Source: Promethearchaeota archaeon
GTDB taxonomy: Archaea > Asgardarchaeota > Hermodarchaeia > Hermodarchaeales > Hermodarchaeaceae
Length of the DNA: 64,000 nt
NCBI GenBank assembly: GCA_048939625.1
Contig: JBHLPH010000001.1
Coordinates: forward strand, 149,649-213,648
Direction: 5' to 3'
Shown here: positions 26,802 through 37,345 of the stretch, piece by piece
Layout of the letters: every line of letters begins with the position of its first letter
How positions within the stretch are numbered: position 1 is the first letter of the stretch
Made by a program: the position numbers and the translations under genes
The notes under the pieces: generated by a model
What the model was told of the DNA's origin: nothing
The model's input: the letters and a program-made list of their open reading frames with translations, nothing else
The model's database searches: none

Positions 26802-27293
26802 CTACCGACTTGACTCTTTTTTAAGTAAACTGATGGCTTGGGCTAATGCTTCTGCTCTATTAGTTCCAATCAAGAGTCGTTTCCCGTTTATTAGCTCCAG
26901 TTGAACACCATAATGGCCACTAATATTGTAAGCCATCCCATTGAATCCAAATCTTATACCATACCCTCCAAATTCACTGAGAGGATCATATGTTCGTGCT
27001 TGCCAATCTGCGATTTCAGTGGGTACAATTTTCCGAGACGAACGATAAAAAGGGAAGAATCGGATGAAAAGTCCATTTTTTCTTATTTCAACAGTTAGAT
27101 TTGCTGAATAAAAAAAGATTAGAAGTACAATTGCACCACCAATCATTAGGATTCCAACAACTATCGCCAATGGCATAGGTAATGGCTCAAATACCATTCC
27201 AAAAAGATAGATCGCAACAAGGTGAAACGAACTTAGGAAAGCGATTAACAAACTCCAAAAGCCTCTAAATTTCTGAACCTCACGAAATAACAA
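26802..27293 (-). CDS. Two-TM protein with PH-like domain (DUF6141-like)
   Basis: FREVQKF N-terminus; Y-PLSEFGGYGIR, AYNISG..GVQL, LLIGT. Confidence 0.7.
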   Translation of the reverse strand: MLFREVQKFRGFWSLLIAFLSSFHLVAIYLFGMVFEPLPMPLAIVVGILMIGGAIVLLIFFYSANLTVEIRKNGLFIRFFPFYRSSRKIVPTEIADWQARTYDPLSEFGGYGIRFGFNGMAYNISGHYGVQLELINGKRLLIGTNRAEALAQAISLLKKESSR

Positions 27294-27464
27294 ATCGGAC
27301 TGGGGAACTGTTAGATTTGATGGTTGAAATTGTAATCTTCACTCTCCTTGCTAGAATCTAGGAATTTCAACGCTAAAAGAATTTTGAAATAATTTTATTT
27401 GATTTTTCATGATGAATACGAAAGTTACCAAGATCGATACAAGTCATCTAATGCAGATTGAACT

Positions 27465-27812
27465 TCATTCATCCAGAGATTTCTCCGATTGTTTTTGGAG
27501 TATCGTCTCATGGAATGCAGTGCTGTGAACCCATTCTGTAGCTAATGTTTCAACCTCTGTAACCTTTTCTCGAAGATATCGATCAATCACAATTTCTCGT
27601 TGAATATCTGTAAGACCATGAGAAGCCCAGAATGCTTCACGAGCCTCCTGTGGAATTGTTGATAGAAGTTGTTCTTTTGTAGTTTCGAGTATATGGCGGG
27701 CGAGTTGAGCTGCTAGTTGTTTTGAATCTGTATAAAGGATCCGTCCTCGTATCCAGAAGCGACACTTTGAACGTCCCTGGCAAGGACCACCTGCAACTGG
27801 ACAAAATACCAC
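27465..27812 (-). CDS. Hypothetical protein with N-terminal Cys cluster
   Basis: FCPVAGGPCQGRSKCRFW; GGTGA upstream. Confidence 0.55.
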   Translation of the reverse strand: MVFCPVAGGPCQGRSKCRFWIRGRILYTDSKQLAAQLARHILETTKEQLLSTIPQEAREAFWASHGLTDIQREIVIDRYLREKVTEVETLATEWVHSTAFHETILQKQSEKSLDE

Positions 27813-27886
27813 GATTCTTCACCCAAGCGCACTCGTCGCACATAGCACTATAGCATAAGCCTTTTGGAGTTTCTGCAATCTTCAAA

Positions 27887-28804
27887 TTAACCGATTGGCC
27901 AGTAAATATCCTCAGAAGCTGTAGTCGCTACAGCTAAATCTCGCATTAGCATCATCAAGGTAAATATATCGTAGTTGATGCCCTCACCGATGGTTACAAA
28001 CCGCTGGGATTCACTGACAAATGCTCTTTCTGGCAACCAATCAGATGGCCAGGAGGGAACCGTTTCAATTTGAATCAGAGTTTTCTTGAGTCCATCAGCA
28101 TAAGTGACGATGAGTGGCACAGTAGGGAGATGGAGTAGATAAATTTCGGGTCGAAGTATATCATCAATCCCGCTTCTTACAACTTGTAAGGGAGGAAAGA
28201 ATCGTTTACCAACCTCTCTTTCAATTGGGAAAGGAAGTAGTTGTTCGAGTGTGGCTACATCACGTTTACTTATCGATCTAGTTTCTAGGGATTCCCGCAG
28301 AAGTACAGCAGCAGTAATTAGATTGTTCGGTTTGGTGACATTAGCAGGTAGAGTGGGGGCAGGTCCTCGGAATGCATTGAACGCATCTTTGGGATTGAAG
28401 CCTTCAGGTGTGATTCCGGGATGGTGTGGATTCAGGGTTAGCCACAATGCAAACGGGAGAATTGGTGGTTGCTCGGTGAAAATTGTGAGTTTGAGTTTAT
28501 TGGAAAATGGTCGTGTCAGATAAAGGGTATCAAAAGGATTCGTTGAAGAGAGAGGAACCACTAGAGTATATCCACCGAAATCAATAAGTTCGGGGGTTTT
28601 TCCGCGCATTTCCAAATCCACTGAAGCCTCTGAGTGCGTCTTGATCCGTTCGAAGGCATTGGGCATGAGTAAGAGATGTGGCTTTCCCTTTGCGTAGGGT
28701 TTAAGCTGCTTAAGAAGCGAGGAGAGAAGTTGGATATGTTGATCAGTAGCAAACTGGTCTAAGAGGGCGAATAATTCTGGCTCCTGACTCCGTAAGCTTT
28801 CCAT
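27887..28804 (-). CDS. Hypothetical protein
   Basis: 305-aa ORF co-oriented downstream of AOR; no recognised motif. Confidence 0.6.
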   Translation of the reverse strand: MESLRSQEPELFALLDQFATDQHIQLLSSLLKQLKPYAKGKPHLLLMPNAFERIKTHSEASVDLEMRGKTPELIDFGGYTLVVPLSSTNPFDTLYLTRPFSNKLKLTIFTEQPPILPFALWLTLNPHHPGITPEGFNPKDAFNAFRGPAPTLPANVTKPNNLITAAVLLRESLETRSISKRDVATLEQLLPFPIEREVGKRFFPPLQVVRSGIDDILRPEIYLLHLPTVPLIVTYADGLKKTLIQIETVPSWPSDWLPERAFVSESQRFVTIGEGINYDIFTLMMLMRDLAVATTASEDIYWPIG

Positions 28805-28842
28805 GGTTGTTTCCTACTTGGATTCGCTGGAATCCTTTGTTC

Positions 28843-30678
28843 TTATAAATCAGCGAGTCCAACAGCTTTAAGGGCAGCGGATGATGGGCGACCCGTTTTT
28901 CGATCCCAGTCTCGATATGCATAGTAATCATCAAGTTGCTTCTCAAGATTGGGCACCATACCTCTAGTGCCTCCATCGGGGAGAGGTTGAAGTAGCAGTT
29001 TTGGAAGGCAATCATCCTCAGGTTTGAATCCAAGGTTCAGATTAATGAGGCGTTTAAGGGTGATAATACGATCTCCAATATGAAGCAGCTCTTGGGGAGT
29101 TGTTTCTCGATCCACTACCAAACTATAGAATTGAGCTATTTCATCGACCGTAAAAGTGGGGAATTGGCAGATAATCAAGGAGTTGGAGACTTGACGCCAG
29201 CTCTGAGATTTTGCCGCAATTTCACCCATACCTTCATCTGTTTGAGGATCATCTGCGTCGATATCGAGCTCTAATTGCACTTGGCCTTGCAGGACCATGT
29301 ACATATCGCCATCCAAGTGAGTTCCACCCCGTGGACTTGTTGCATAACTGGTAGCCATGCCGAAGAGCGCTCGTGGGTCCCAACAGGACACTTCTAATCC
29401 TTTCACATGGACAGCGAGATCTGCAGCATCGTAGCGTTCACCCATTGAACGGACTCCCTCTGCAAGGATATCACCAAACCCTTCTCGATGAGCAATTTGC
29501 TTGATTAATTCGATAACAGGTTCTGGATTTCCCCATTCAAGTAACATACCTACTTCTTTAGGGGTGAGTTTGTCTAGCTCCATGAGATAATGGGCAAACC
29601 CGATGCAATTTCCAGTACTAATGGTGTCTAATCCCAGATCGTCACAGAGATGACTCGCCATAAGTAGAGCATCTAGGTCATCGATGAGAATCATCGACCC
29701 CAAGGCACCAAGTGTTTCATATTCAGGACCTGAGACTCTGGGTAGCTGATATTTGCCTCTAGGTACTTCGACGACGCGACCACATTGAATGGGACACCGG
29801 TGACACCCATCCCGACCAACTAGCCGCGTTTCAGATATCGTTGCCCCGCTGATGTTATCATGCGTAGGGAATTCCCCTTGGGTGAAATACTTGTTCGGCA
29901 TGGAACCAATTTCCTGTGATGGTCCAACTGCGGTAGCTGTACCCATCAGTCGGTAGCAGTCAGGCATGAAATCTTCTATCATCACCTTATTTGCGGACCT
30001 GGCAAGTTCTATAATAGCATCATGATTAGCCACAGGAACGGGTTGATTTCCTACCACTGCCAGGGCTTTGAGATGTTTACTCCCCATTACGGCTCCTAGT
30101 CCCATTCGACCTGCAGCGCGACCTCCCTCGGACATGATATTAGCGTATTTTACCATGTTTTCGCCAGCGGGACCAATACTGAGTGTGAAAAATCGTTTTT
30201 CGTTGATGTCCTTGCGTAAGAGTTGTTGGGTGGAGGAAATGGTATGGGACCAAAGATGGTCTGCTGGTTTGAGTTCAGCTACGCCATAGAGTATTGAGAG
30301 ATAGGTGGGTTTCTCTGCACGTCCTTGGATAAGTATTCCATCGTAACCTGCTTGTCGCATTTCAGCACCGAAATAACCACCGATATCTGCTTCGCCCCAA
30401 AGACGTGTGAGTGGTGAACGAGCGCAGATGGCCATTCGTCCAGAGCTGGGTACGGCTGTGCCCCCAAATGGACCTGCCATGAGAAGTAATGGATTTTCAT
30501 GTCCTAGTGGGTCTGTATCAAGTGATAGGAGTGGATATAGAATTCTTGCAGCTAGTCCTGCGCCCCCGATAAAATCGTGAGTCCAGTCCAAAGGCGTTGG
30601 CATGTCTGATGTTGCACCTTTTGACAAGTCTACCTTTAGCATCTTACCTGTGAACCCGAACCCCTTTGTAATTATCAA
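28843..30678 (-). CDS. aor: Tungsten-type aldehyde:ferredoxin oxidoreductase
   Basis: ARSPLT, IGPAGEN, RAAGRMGLGAVMGSK, CHRCPIQC, GPEYET, DDLGLDTIS, YYAYRDWD. Confidence 0.93.
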   Translation of the reverse strand: MIITKGFGFTGKMLKVDLSKGATSDMPTPLDWTHDFIGGAGLAARILYPLLSLDTDPLGHENPLLLMAGPFGGTAVPSSGRMAICARSPLTRLWGEADIGGYFGAEMRQAGYDGILIQGRAEKPTYLSILYGVAELKPADHLWSHTISSTQQLLRKDINEKRFFTLSIGPAGENMVKYANIMSEGGRAAGRMGLGAVMGSKHLKALAVVGNQPVPVANHDAIIELARSANKVMIEDFMPDCYRLMGTATAVGPSQEIGSMPNKYFTQGEFPTHDNISGATISETRLVGRDGCHRCPIQCGRVVEVPRGKYQLPRVSGPEYETLGALGSMILIDDLDALLMASHLCDDLGLDTISTGNCIGFAHYLMELDKLTPKEVGMLLEWGNPEPVIELIKQIAHREGFGDILAEGVRSMGERYDAADLAVHVKGLEVSCWDPRALFGMATSYATSPRGGTHLDGDMYMVLQGQVQLELDIDADDPQTDEGMGEIAAKSQSWRQVSNSLIICQFPTFTVDEIAQFYSLVVDRETTPQELLHIGDRIITLKRLINLNLGFKPEDDCLPKLLLQPLPDGGTRGMVPNLEKQLDDYYAYRDWDRKTGRPSSAALKAVGLADL

Positions 30679-30719
30679 TTTCTTTCCTCCATTACAGTGG
30701 ATTCTGGCTAGTTTATTCC

Positions 30720-31889
30720 TTAGAAGTCAATTGGTTTGCCTTCAAAGAGATGGTGCCAGAACCGTTCAATGTCTTCATTTGTAGGCTCGCGACAATTGAA
30801 GATATTGACTGCTGATTCCTGTGTGAAGCGAACTAAATCGTCATAGTTATTTTCGAATTTCTCTTTTGAGATTCCATACTCTTTCAGGCTAAGGGGGGCT
30901 TCCAGTTCTTTCATCAGTTTCAAAACAGCATCTCGAAGCTTGATAGTTGCAGTTTTATCGTCATCAGTTTGGCTTGCGGTTCCTATTGCGCGGGACAATT
31001 CACCATACAGATCTGCGCTGGTTTTCATAGCGTATTCGATGGAATAGGGGAGAACCATTCCGACTGTTATGCCGTGGGGAATTTTGAAGACTGCACCCAT
31101 TGCATGACCAAAGGAGTGAGTGATTCCGAGGAACGAATTACTCCAAGCGAGCCCGCAAATAGAAGCAGCATTATGTAATTTCTCACGAGCCTCAGAGTCA
31201 TCAGGATTTTCATATGCCTTCGGAAGATACTCGAAAATCATACGCACCGCATGAATACACAAACCATTACTGAAATCGTTTCGCCATTGCACCGTATATC
31301 CATCAATGGCTTGAGCTAAAGCATCCATACCCGAAGAAGCGGTGACTTTTGGCGGCATGGATTTGGTCAGGCTAGGATCTAAGATTGAAATATAGGGCAT
31401 TAATTCGGGATGAGTGAGTTCCATTTTATTTCGATCTTTTGTATCAGTGATAACCGCAGCCCAGGTTGCATCAGAACCAGTCCCAGAGGTTGTGGGAATA
31501 GCAATTAATGTCGTTTTACTCACAGATATGGTGGTGAGCGGGGTAATATCGATAATTGGGTGATCTGGATGTTCATTAAGAATCCGAGACACTTTGGCGA
31601 CATCGATTACGGATCCACCTCCTAATCCGATTATCAAATCTGGATTAAATTCACGTACTTGTTTCGCACAAGCTTGTGCAACGTCATCGGGAGGTTCGGG
31701 AGTTACTCCATCAAAGAAAGCGACTTCTTTTCCACTCTCTTTTAACTTCTGCAAAACTGTATCTAAGAATCCCAATTTAACAATAGTTTTGTCTGTGACG
31801 ACAAAGGCGCGCTTTCCTTCAATTTCCTTCAGGTGGTCCAGCGCATCTTCACCAAAGACAATAAGGCGAGGACAACGGAAATACCACAT
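30720..31889 (-). CDS. Iron-containing alcohol dehydrogenase
   Basis: GLGGGSVIDVAK, PTTSGTGS, GITHSFGH, PHG; start MWYF at 31889 with GAGG upstream. Confidence 0.92.
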   Translation of the reverse strand: MWYFRCPRLIVFGEDALDHLKEIEGKRAFVVTDKTIVKLGFLDTVLQKLKESGKEVAFFDGVTPEPPDDVAQACAKQVREFNPDLIIGLGGGSVIDVAKVSRILNEHPDHPIIDITPLTTISVSKTTLIAIPTTSGTGSDATWAAVITDTKDRNKMELTHPELMPYISILDPSLTKSMPPKVTASSGMDALAQAIDGYTVQWRNDFSNGLCIHAVRMIFEYLPKAYENPDDSEAREKLHNAASICGLAWSNSFLGITHSFGHAMGAVFKIPHGITVGMVLPYSIEYAMKTSADLYGELSRAIGTASQTDDDKTATIKLRDAVLKLMKELEAPLSLKEYGISKEKFENNYDDLVRFTQESAVNIFNCREPTNEDIERFWHHLFEGKPIDF

Positions 31890-32017
31890 ATCAACAACCT
31901 CTATGGATTCATGCACGAGTCTAACGTGCACTCTACGCAAATCTATATCACATATTCAATTCCAGTAGAAAAGTGGATAGGATAGGGAACCTTTTTCCAA
32001 TGTTTACAGACCGAAAT

Positions 32018-32425
32018 TTAAAATTCAGTTTTAATCATCTGCGCGGTTCGAACCAGTTCTTTGGCTGCACGTGTTGCCCGCATAACTTTGGCTCGATCAC
32101 CGGTTAGTTTCATTTTACGAGTAAGAAGAGCTTTGATAGGATCAAGTCGACCTTCAATAATGTGCTGCCAATTTGCCAATTCACCCTCGTAAATGAAGGC
32201 GGTATCTTTGGTGTCACGGTTTGGTAGCAAAGCATGCTCACGGCATTTACCATGCCATAAATCCATCCACATCACAATTTCTTCATCAATTCCAGCGTCC
32301 TTGCTAGGCCACACAATAAACAGAAAATCGCCTTCCCAAGTTTCAGCTGCTTCTGCATATGCTTGATTGTCATTCAAGGTCTTTACAAACTGTTCAATCC
32401 ATTCGGGCGTACCAAATTGCACCAT
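32018..32425 (-). CDS. SCP2 sterol/lipid-binding domain protein
   Basis: F-TPEW...WEGDF...DLWHGKC...LDPIKALLTRKMKLTGD pattern. Confidence 0.8.
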   Translation of the reverse strand: MVQFGTPEWIEQFVKTLNDNQAYAEAAETWEGDFLFIVWPSKDAGIDEEIVMWMDLWHGKCREHALLPNRDTKDTAFIYEGELANWQHIIEGRLDPIKALLTRKMKLTGDRAKVMRATRAAKELVRTAQMIKTEF

Positions 32426-32568
32426 TATCGTTCACCAGGTTCAGCAAGAGTATAGAGGAGATAGATGAAGACGTCTTTATATTCTGTCTTTTCGTTCAAA
32501 GAATTTCGCCCAAATGGCTTAAATCCAAGTTTCAAAGAAGTTGCCCTGCAATTGAGTGTGAAATTACA

Positions 32569-33342
32569 ATGCCAAAATATACACTAGTTCAAATTTCAGA
32601 TTTACATATTGGTGAAGCCGGATATCGCAAAGACATGATTGTAACCGCAATTGACGAAATCAATAAATTGAAACCCAACCTGGTCATGGTATGTGGCGAC
32701 CTTACATGGAATGGTGTCCGCGAACAATTCTTAGAAGCGCGAGATATCTTACAGAATCTTGATTCGCCAGTGATCTATACCATGGGAAATCATGATGCTT
32801 CGAATGTTGGTTACTTGACCTTTGAAGAACTGTTTGGTCCTCGTTTTTCTGAATACCATGACGATACTGTCTTTCTCATGGCTGCAGACAGTTCAGAACC
32901 GGATTTAGATACTGGTCATATCGGCAGAGAAGGCCGGAACTTCATTGACAAGGCCTTTTCTGATGTGGAAGATGGATTACTAAAAATCCTGGCTTTGCAT
33001 CACCATTTGGTTCCCGTTCCTCGGTCAGGTCGAGAGCGCGACAGCATGGTTGATGCGGGAGATATGCTCGAATTGCTAATGCATAAAGGAGTAAGTCTAG
33101 TTCTCAGTGGACACCGACATTACCCCTGGGTTTGGCGGCTTGAAAACATGGTTTTAGTCTATTCAGGAACCTGCGGGAGCTTGCGTGTACGTGGGAGCCC
33201 GGGCCAGAATTACAACATCATTAATATCGGTAAAAACACAATTGACATCTCCACCAAGCTTATAGGTGGCCCAGGACGTCGACGGGGACGCTACCGTTGG
33301 GGCAAACGTGGAATAATCTCACGGAGTAATCACTCACCCTAA
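32569..33342 (+). CDS. Calcineurin-like metallophosphoesterase (CpdA-like)
   Basis: ISDLH, GDLT, GNHD, HHH, GHRH; start MPKY at 32569. Confidence 0.9.
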   Translation: MPKYTLVQISDLHIGEAGYRKDMIVTAIDEINKLKPNLVMVCGDLTWNGVREQFLEARDILQNLDSPVIYTMGNHDASNVGYLTFEELFGPRFSEYHDDTVFLMAADSSEPDLDTGHIGREGRNFIDKAFSDVEDGLLKILALHHHLVPVPRSGRERDSMVDAGDMLELLMHKGVSLVLSGHRHYPWVWRLENMVLVYSGTCGSLRVRGSPGQNYNIINIGKNTIDISTKLIGGPGRRRGRYRWGKRGIISRSNHSP

Positions 33343-33356
33343 AGGGTGGGAGGCAT

Positions 33357-33734
33357 ATGGTGGATTTTTCCAATATTTCGGGAGTAGTCTTGTATACATC
33401 GGATATGAATCGAGCCCTAAATTTTTACACTAAAGTTTTGGGATTTGAAGTAGTTAAAATAGAATCAGGGTTTGTTACCCTTCAATTACAGAATATGAAG
33501 CTCTACTTACATCATGCTGAGAATCCTCCGGGGGAAAAAGGAGCATCGCTGAAAATCCCGCAAGTTTCATTCAAAGTTGATGATATTAATGCTGCGTTTC
33601 AACACTTACAACAAGCTGAGGTCAAGATAACCCGTGGGATTGTTAAATACAATCCAACCACGTATGTGTTCAATTTTCTTGATCCTGACGGAAATTCGCT
33701 AGCGTGTGAAAGTAACACACGCAAAATGGGATAA
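33357..33734 (+). CDS. VOC/glyoxalase family protein
   Basis: DMNRALNFYTKVLGF, FKVDDI, FLDPDGN. Confidence 0.88.
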   Translation: MVDFSNISGVVLYTSDMNRALNFYTKVLGFEVVKIESGFVTLQLQNMKLYLHHAENPPGEKGASLKIPQVSFKVDDINAAFQHLQQAEVKITRGIVKYNPTTYVFNFLDPDGNSLACESNTRKMG

Positions 33735-33748
33735 GTACTAATCTGCCC

Positions 33749-34735
33749 TTAGTGAGCTTTGATTTCAGCGAGTAAAGCGGGATCAAGGTTCATTCCACTA
33801 GCGATAACCGCGATTGTGTCCTCTTTCTGGATGGGTACGCGTCTTTCTAATAAAGCAGCAATGCCCACAACACCCGCTGGTTCGAGGATTTGTTGTTCAT
33901 GGTCGAGGGTCCATCGAATTGCCTGTCGTAGCCCCTGTTCTTTAACAAGAACCACATCATCGATATGCTTCAGACCAATATCAAGATTCAATTGAGCTGT
34001 ATTTCCCGCCAAACCATCGGCAATTGTGGATTCCACAGGAACATGGAATAATCGTCTTTTATGGAAATTCTCATAAAATGCGCGAGTAGCGGTGGTTTGA
34101 ACCCCAATGACTCGAATCGTTGGATCAACAGTTTTAACCCAAAGTGAGATACCTGAGATTAGTCCACCTCCACCGATAGGAACAATAACAAGACTGGTTG
34201 CAGGAAGGTCTTCTAATAATTCGTAACCCACAGTGCCTTGGCCCGCAATGACAAGTGGATCAGCATATGCGTGAATGAGTGTAAGTTCTTTCGACTCAGC
34301 GTACTCAACACTGAAAGCAGCAGCTTCATCATAGTTGGTTCCATGTTCCAGAATGGTTGCTCCATACTCTTTGCATTTCGCCAATTTCAGTGGGGAGGCA
34401 CCTTGCGGTACAACAACAGATGCGGGGATATTCAATTGCTGGGCGGCAAAAGCGACCGCTAGTGCGTGGTTACCAGTAGAGGCAGTAACAACGCCTTTTT
34501 TTGCAAAAACTGATGGAAGAGCAGCAATCTTGTTATAGGCTCCACGCAGCTTAAAGACTCCAGTAAGTTGTTGGCTTTCCCATTTAATAAACACGGACGT
34601 ATTCGCAATTTTACTGAGAGCTGGTGAAGATTTAACAGGTGTGCGTTTCGTGATGCCAGCCAAACGCTTGCGAGCCTGGAGAATCATCTTAGGTGTTACT
34701 GAAAGAGTGGAAGCAGAAGGAGAAGTCAAATTCAT
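33749..34735 (-). CDS. PLP-dependent threonine/serine ammonia-lyase
   Basis: FKLRGA, ASTGNHA, AGQGT, PIGGGGLISG, TIADG, SGMN. Confidence 0.9.
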   Translation of the reverse strand: MNLTSPSASTLSVTPKMILQARKRLAGITKRTPVKSSPALSKIANTSVFIKWESQQLTGVFKLRGAYNKIAALPSVFAKKGVVTASTGNHALAVAFAAQQLNIPASVVVPQGASPLKLAKCKEYGATILEHGTNYDEAAAFSVEYAESKELTLIHAYADPLVIAGQGTVGYELLEDLPATSLVIVPIGGGGLISGISLWVKTVDPTIRVIGVQTTATRAFYENFHKRRLFHVPVESTIADGLAGNTAQLNLDIGLKHIDDVVLVKEQGLRQAIRWTLDHEQQILEPAGVVGIAALLERRVPIQKEDTIAVIASGMNLDPALLAEIKAH

Positions 34736-34854
34736 TTCACCTATCGATAAGGAAGACCCCTTCGTGAAGATAACGATTTCTTAGCAAGGATTTTATGTTT
34801 CTGCTCGGGTACGATTGTTTATAAGTCTGCATTTTCGTTATTGGAACGCAGAGC

Positions 34855-35340
34855 GTGACCCCTATGTCCCGAGATGAAATTCAACAGAAACTCCATTGTC
34901 GACGGTGTGGTCGTCCACGAATTGTGAACCGCGTGAGTAAACCCGCATCCAATAAAGTGAAACTCTACATGTCGTGCCCCGTTCACACTAGTCAGGTATC
35001 CTATTCTATGCCCCTTAGCCAATATGAAGAAGTAAGTGACCTCGTCCGAGAACACGTGTTCTTATGTAAAAAGTGCGGACAACCTGTTGAGATTGTCGGT
35101 CAACGCGCGGGGAAGCTTACAACGAAGCTCAGTATTCAGTGCCCTGAACACGGTAGTGGTGAGCGTAAAGTCAATAACTCGCTTCTCGATCCCATCCTTT
35201 CGGCTGTACCAGCATCATCCACTAGCAAAGCAACACCAGCTACGTCCTCTACCACAGCGAAATTCTGCCCAAGTTGTGGCTCACCAGTTCCCACCGCAGA
35301 AGCTAGATTTTGTCATCACTGTGGAGCTTCCCTAGAATAA
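34855..35340 (+). CDS. Multi-zinc-finger protein (2x CxxC...CPxH plus C-terminal zinc ribbon)
   Basis: CRRC..CPVH, CKKC..CPEH, Ser/Thr/Ala linker, CPSCG..CHHCG. Confidence 0.75.
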   Translation: MTPMSRDEIQQKLHCRRCGRPRIVNRVSKPASNKVKLYMSCPVHTSQVSYSMPLSQYEEVSDLVREHVFLCKKCGQPVEIVGQRAGKLTTKLSIQCPEHGSGERKVNNSLLDPILSAVPASSTSKATPATSSTTAKFCPSCGSPVPTAEARFCHHCGASLE

Positions 35341-35396
35341 CTCTGAAAAATCAGATCCTAGCGCCGGGGATAAGAGAATATGATAGAAGTCCGTCG

Positions 35397-36185
35397 CTAG
35401 GTTTGACTTCTTTTTGGTGGAAAGATCTTTCTCGCTGAGGTTACATACCCTGTATGTCCAATCATCCGGGTAGCAGGACGGGTTTTTCCAGGGCGCACAA
35501 GAATTTCACGTTCAATAAGTTCACGGGTCATGATTTCTGTGAAATGAGACTCGTACAAAGCATCAACCGTACGCTGAGTCTGCTCAATGGTCGGAGAGAA
35601 GGACACCAGAACACCTCCACCTTGAAGCGCTGTATATGCGAGTGGAACGACATCCCAGGGTACAGCCATATCCAACACAACTGCATTAACCTCAGTTTCC
35701 TCAATTCCCTCAAGGATATCTCGCTGCTGAATCGTGATTACCTTGGTCAAGCCCGCTTTCCCAATATTCTTCTGTGCTTCTTTGGCAAAATCATCGCGGA
35801 CCTCATAAGAGAAGATATGACCATTGGGTGCCACATGAAACCCGAGAATCGAAGTCAGCGCACCGCTGCCTGTACCCGCTTCTACAACCCTGGAGCCAGG
35901 TCCGATACCAGCTAGAAGCAGAATCAAGCCAGCATCCTTGGGATAAACAATATTGGTTTGGCGACCCATTTTGATCGCCTGATCCCGTGGCAAGGGAGGA
36001 AGCGCCGCGATATATGTGCCAAGGCTGGTTGAAATAAGACTGCCATAAGGTTGCCCAATTACTTGGTTAAAGTCTAAGATACCACGGTGGAGGTGAAACG
36101 ACTTACCTGCCTCCACACGGAGGAGCCAATGGCGACGCGCATCAAGGTAGAAGAGAACTTGATTACCATCTTGAATATTCGTCAA
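35397..36185 (-). CDS. trmI: tRNA (adenine-N1)-methyltransferase
   Basis: IVYPKD, EAGTGSGALT, LDMAVPW, SPTIEQ, TRP...GHTGY. Confidence 0.93.
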   Translation of the reverse strand: MTNIQDGNQVLFYLDARRHWLLRVEAGKSFHLHRGILDFNQVIGQPYGSLISTSLGTYIAALPPLPRDQAIKMGRQTNIVYPKDAGLILLLAGIGPGSRVVEAGTGSGALTSILGFHVAPNGHIFSYEVRDDFAKEAQKNIGKAGLTKVITIQQRDILEGIEETEVNAVVLDMAVPWDVVPLAYTALQGGGVLVSFSPTIEQTQRTVDALYESHFTEIMTRELIEREILVRPGKTRPATRMIGHTGYVTSARKIFPPKRSQT

Positions 36186-36333
36186 GGGTATCCACCAACG
36201 TGCCTTACACTCCTTTCCTTTTCAGCCTTCTGCCCTTGTAATTCAAGTTGCCGTAGAAAAATCAAAGTTTGAGAAAATGATAGGAAACTGTTAAAGGCGT
36301 TCTTCCGTATGTCTGAAGACAGGAGGAAGCAAT

Positions 36334-37323
36334 GTGGCAGCACAGCCAATTGAAACCATGACTGCGCTTAAGTGCCAATCCTGTAACGCCCCCCTCACAG
36401 TAAGTCCTGATGATGTGATCATCGTTTGTGCATACTGTGGTTTTACTTCGACAATCGAGGGAGAAAAGGTCGAAAATCATTTCGTCCTAGAACCCACGAT
36501 GAATGCAGGTGAAATCCGTGATACAGTCACCAAGTGGGTCGGGCGAGGTGGCAAAGCCCGTGTGACAGAGTCACATCTGCGATTCGTCCCCTTCTGGGTA
36601 GAATCAATGCATGCGTTTACCTCATATCAGGGGTATAAGAAGCACACCGAAACGGAGTACTACACCGATTCGCAGGGTAAACGGCGTTCACGAACGAAAA
36701 TCGAATATGAACCCATCCAAGGGCAATTCAACGAAAATCGTTCCGTGAATGTTTTATGTCGACGAGGTGCCACCTTCTATAGTCTAGGTGAACTGGATAA
36801 GGCACTGCATGTGACTAAGAGGGGAATCCAGCCCTTTGATTATAATGCTATCACGGCTGTTGAATCAAAACCTCTCTTTTTGAACAGCGAACTAACCGAC
36901 GCCGATGCCTATGAGATAGCCGAAACTTTTATCGCCCAAGATCACCGCAGCCGTGCGGATGCTAGGGCAACAGAAATCTGGGACTGTCATAGCCGGATTA
37001 ACAAAACTGGTGCATATCTGCTGCATGTCCCTCATTGGCTAGTACGCTATCGATTTGGCAGCGAAACCTATCGTGTCGGTATTGACGGTCACACTAAAAA
37101 AATCTTGAAAGGGGAAGTTCCCATTTCAGGCAGCTTTCGGGGAGCGATGTTCTTCTTGAGTATCATTGCAGTACTCTTGGGAACTATAGGCACCTATTTT
37201 GTCGCTCAAATCCTCGGCTCTGAATATGCACTATTCTCGCTAGCGTTAGTCGTTGTCGGTTTAGCGCTTGGTGTCGTTGGAACCCAACAAAGCTTCAAAA
37301 TGAGTGCTGAGAAACGAGGGTAA
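36334..37323 (+). CDS. Zinc-ribbon membrane protein (paralogue 1)
   Basis: CQSC..CAYC, FVPFW, HVPHW..Y, IDGHT..GEVP, two C-terminal TM helices. Confidence 0.8.
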   Translation: MAAQPIETMTALKCQSCNAPLTVSPDDVIIVCAYCGFTSTIEGEKVENHFVLEPTMNAGEIRDTVTKWVGRGGKARVTESHLRFVPFWVESMHAFTSYQGYKKHTETEYYTDSQGKRRSRTKIEYEPIQGQFNENRSVNVLCRRGATFYSLGELDKALHVTKRGIQPFDYNAITAVESKPLFLNSELTDADAYEIAETFIAQDHRSRADARATEIWDCHSRINKTGAYLLHVPHWLVRYRFGSETYRVGIDGHTKKILKGEVPISGSFRGAMFFLSIIAVLLGTIGTYFVAQILGSEYALFSLALVVVGLALGVVGTQQSFKMSAEKRG

Positions 37324-37345
37324 TCAAAGAAAAAAGGTGAAAAAA

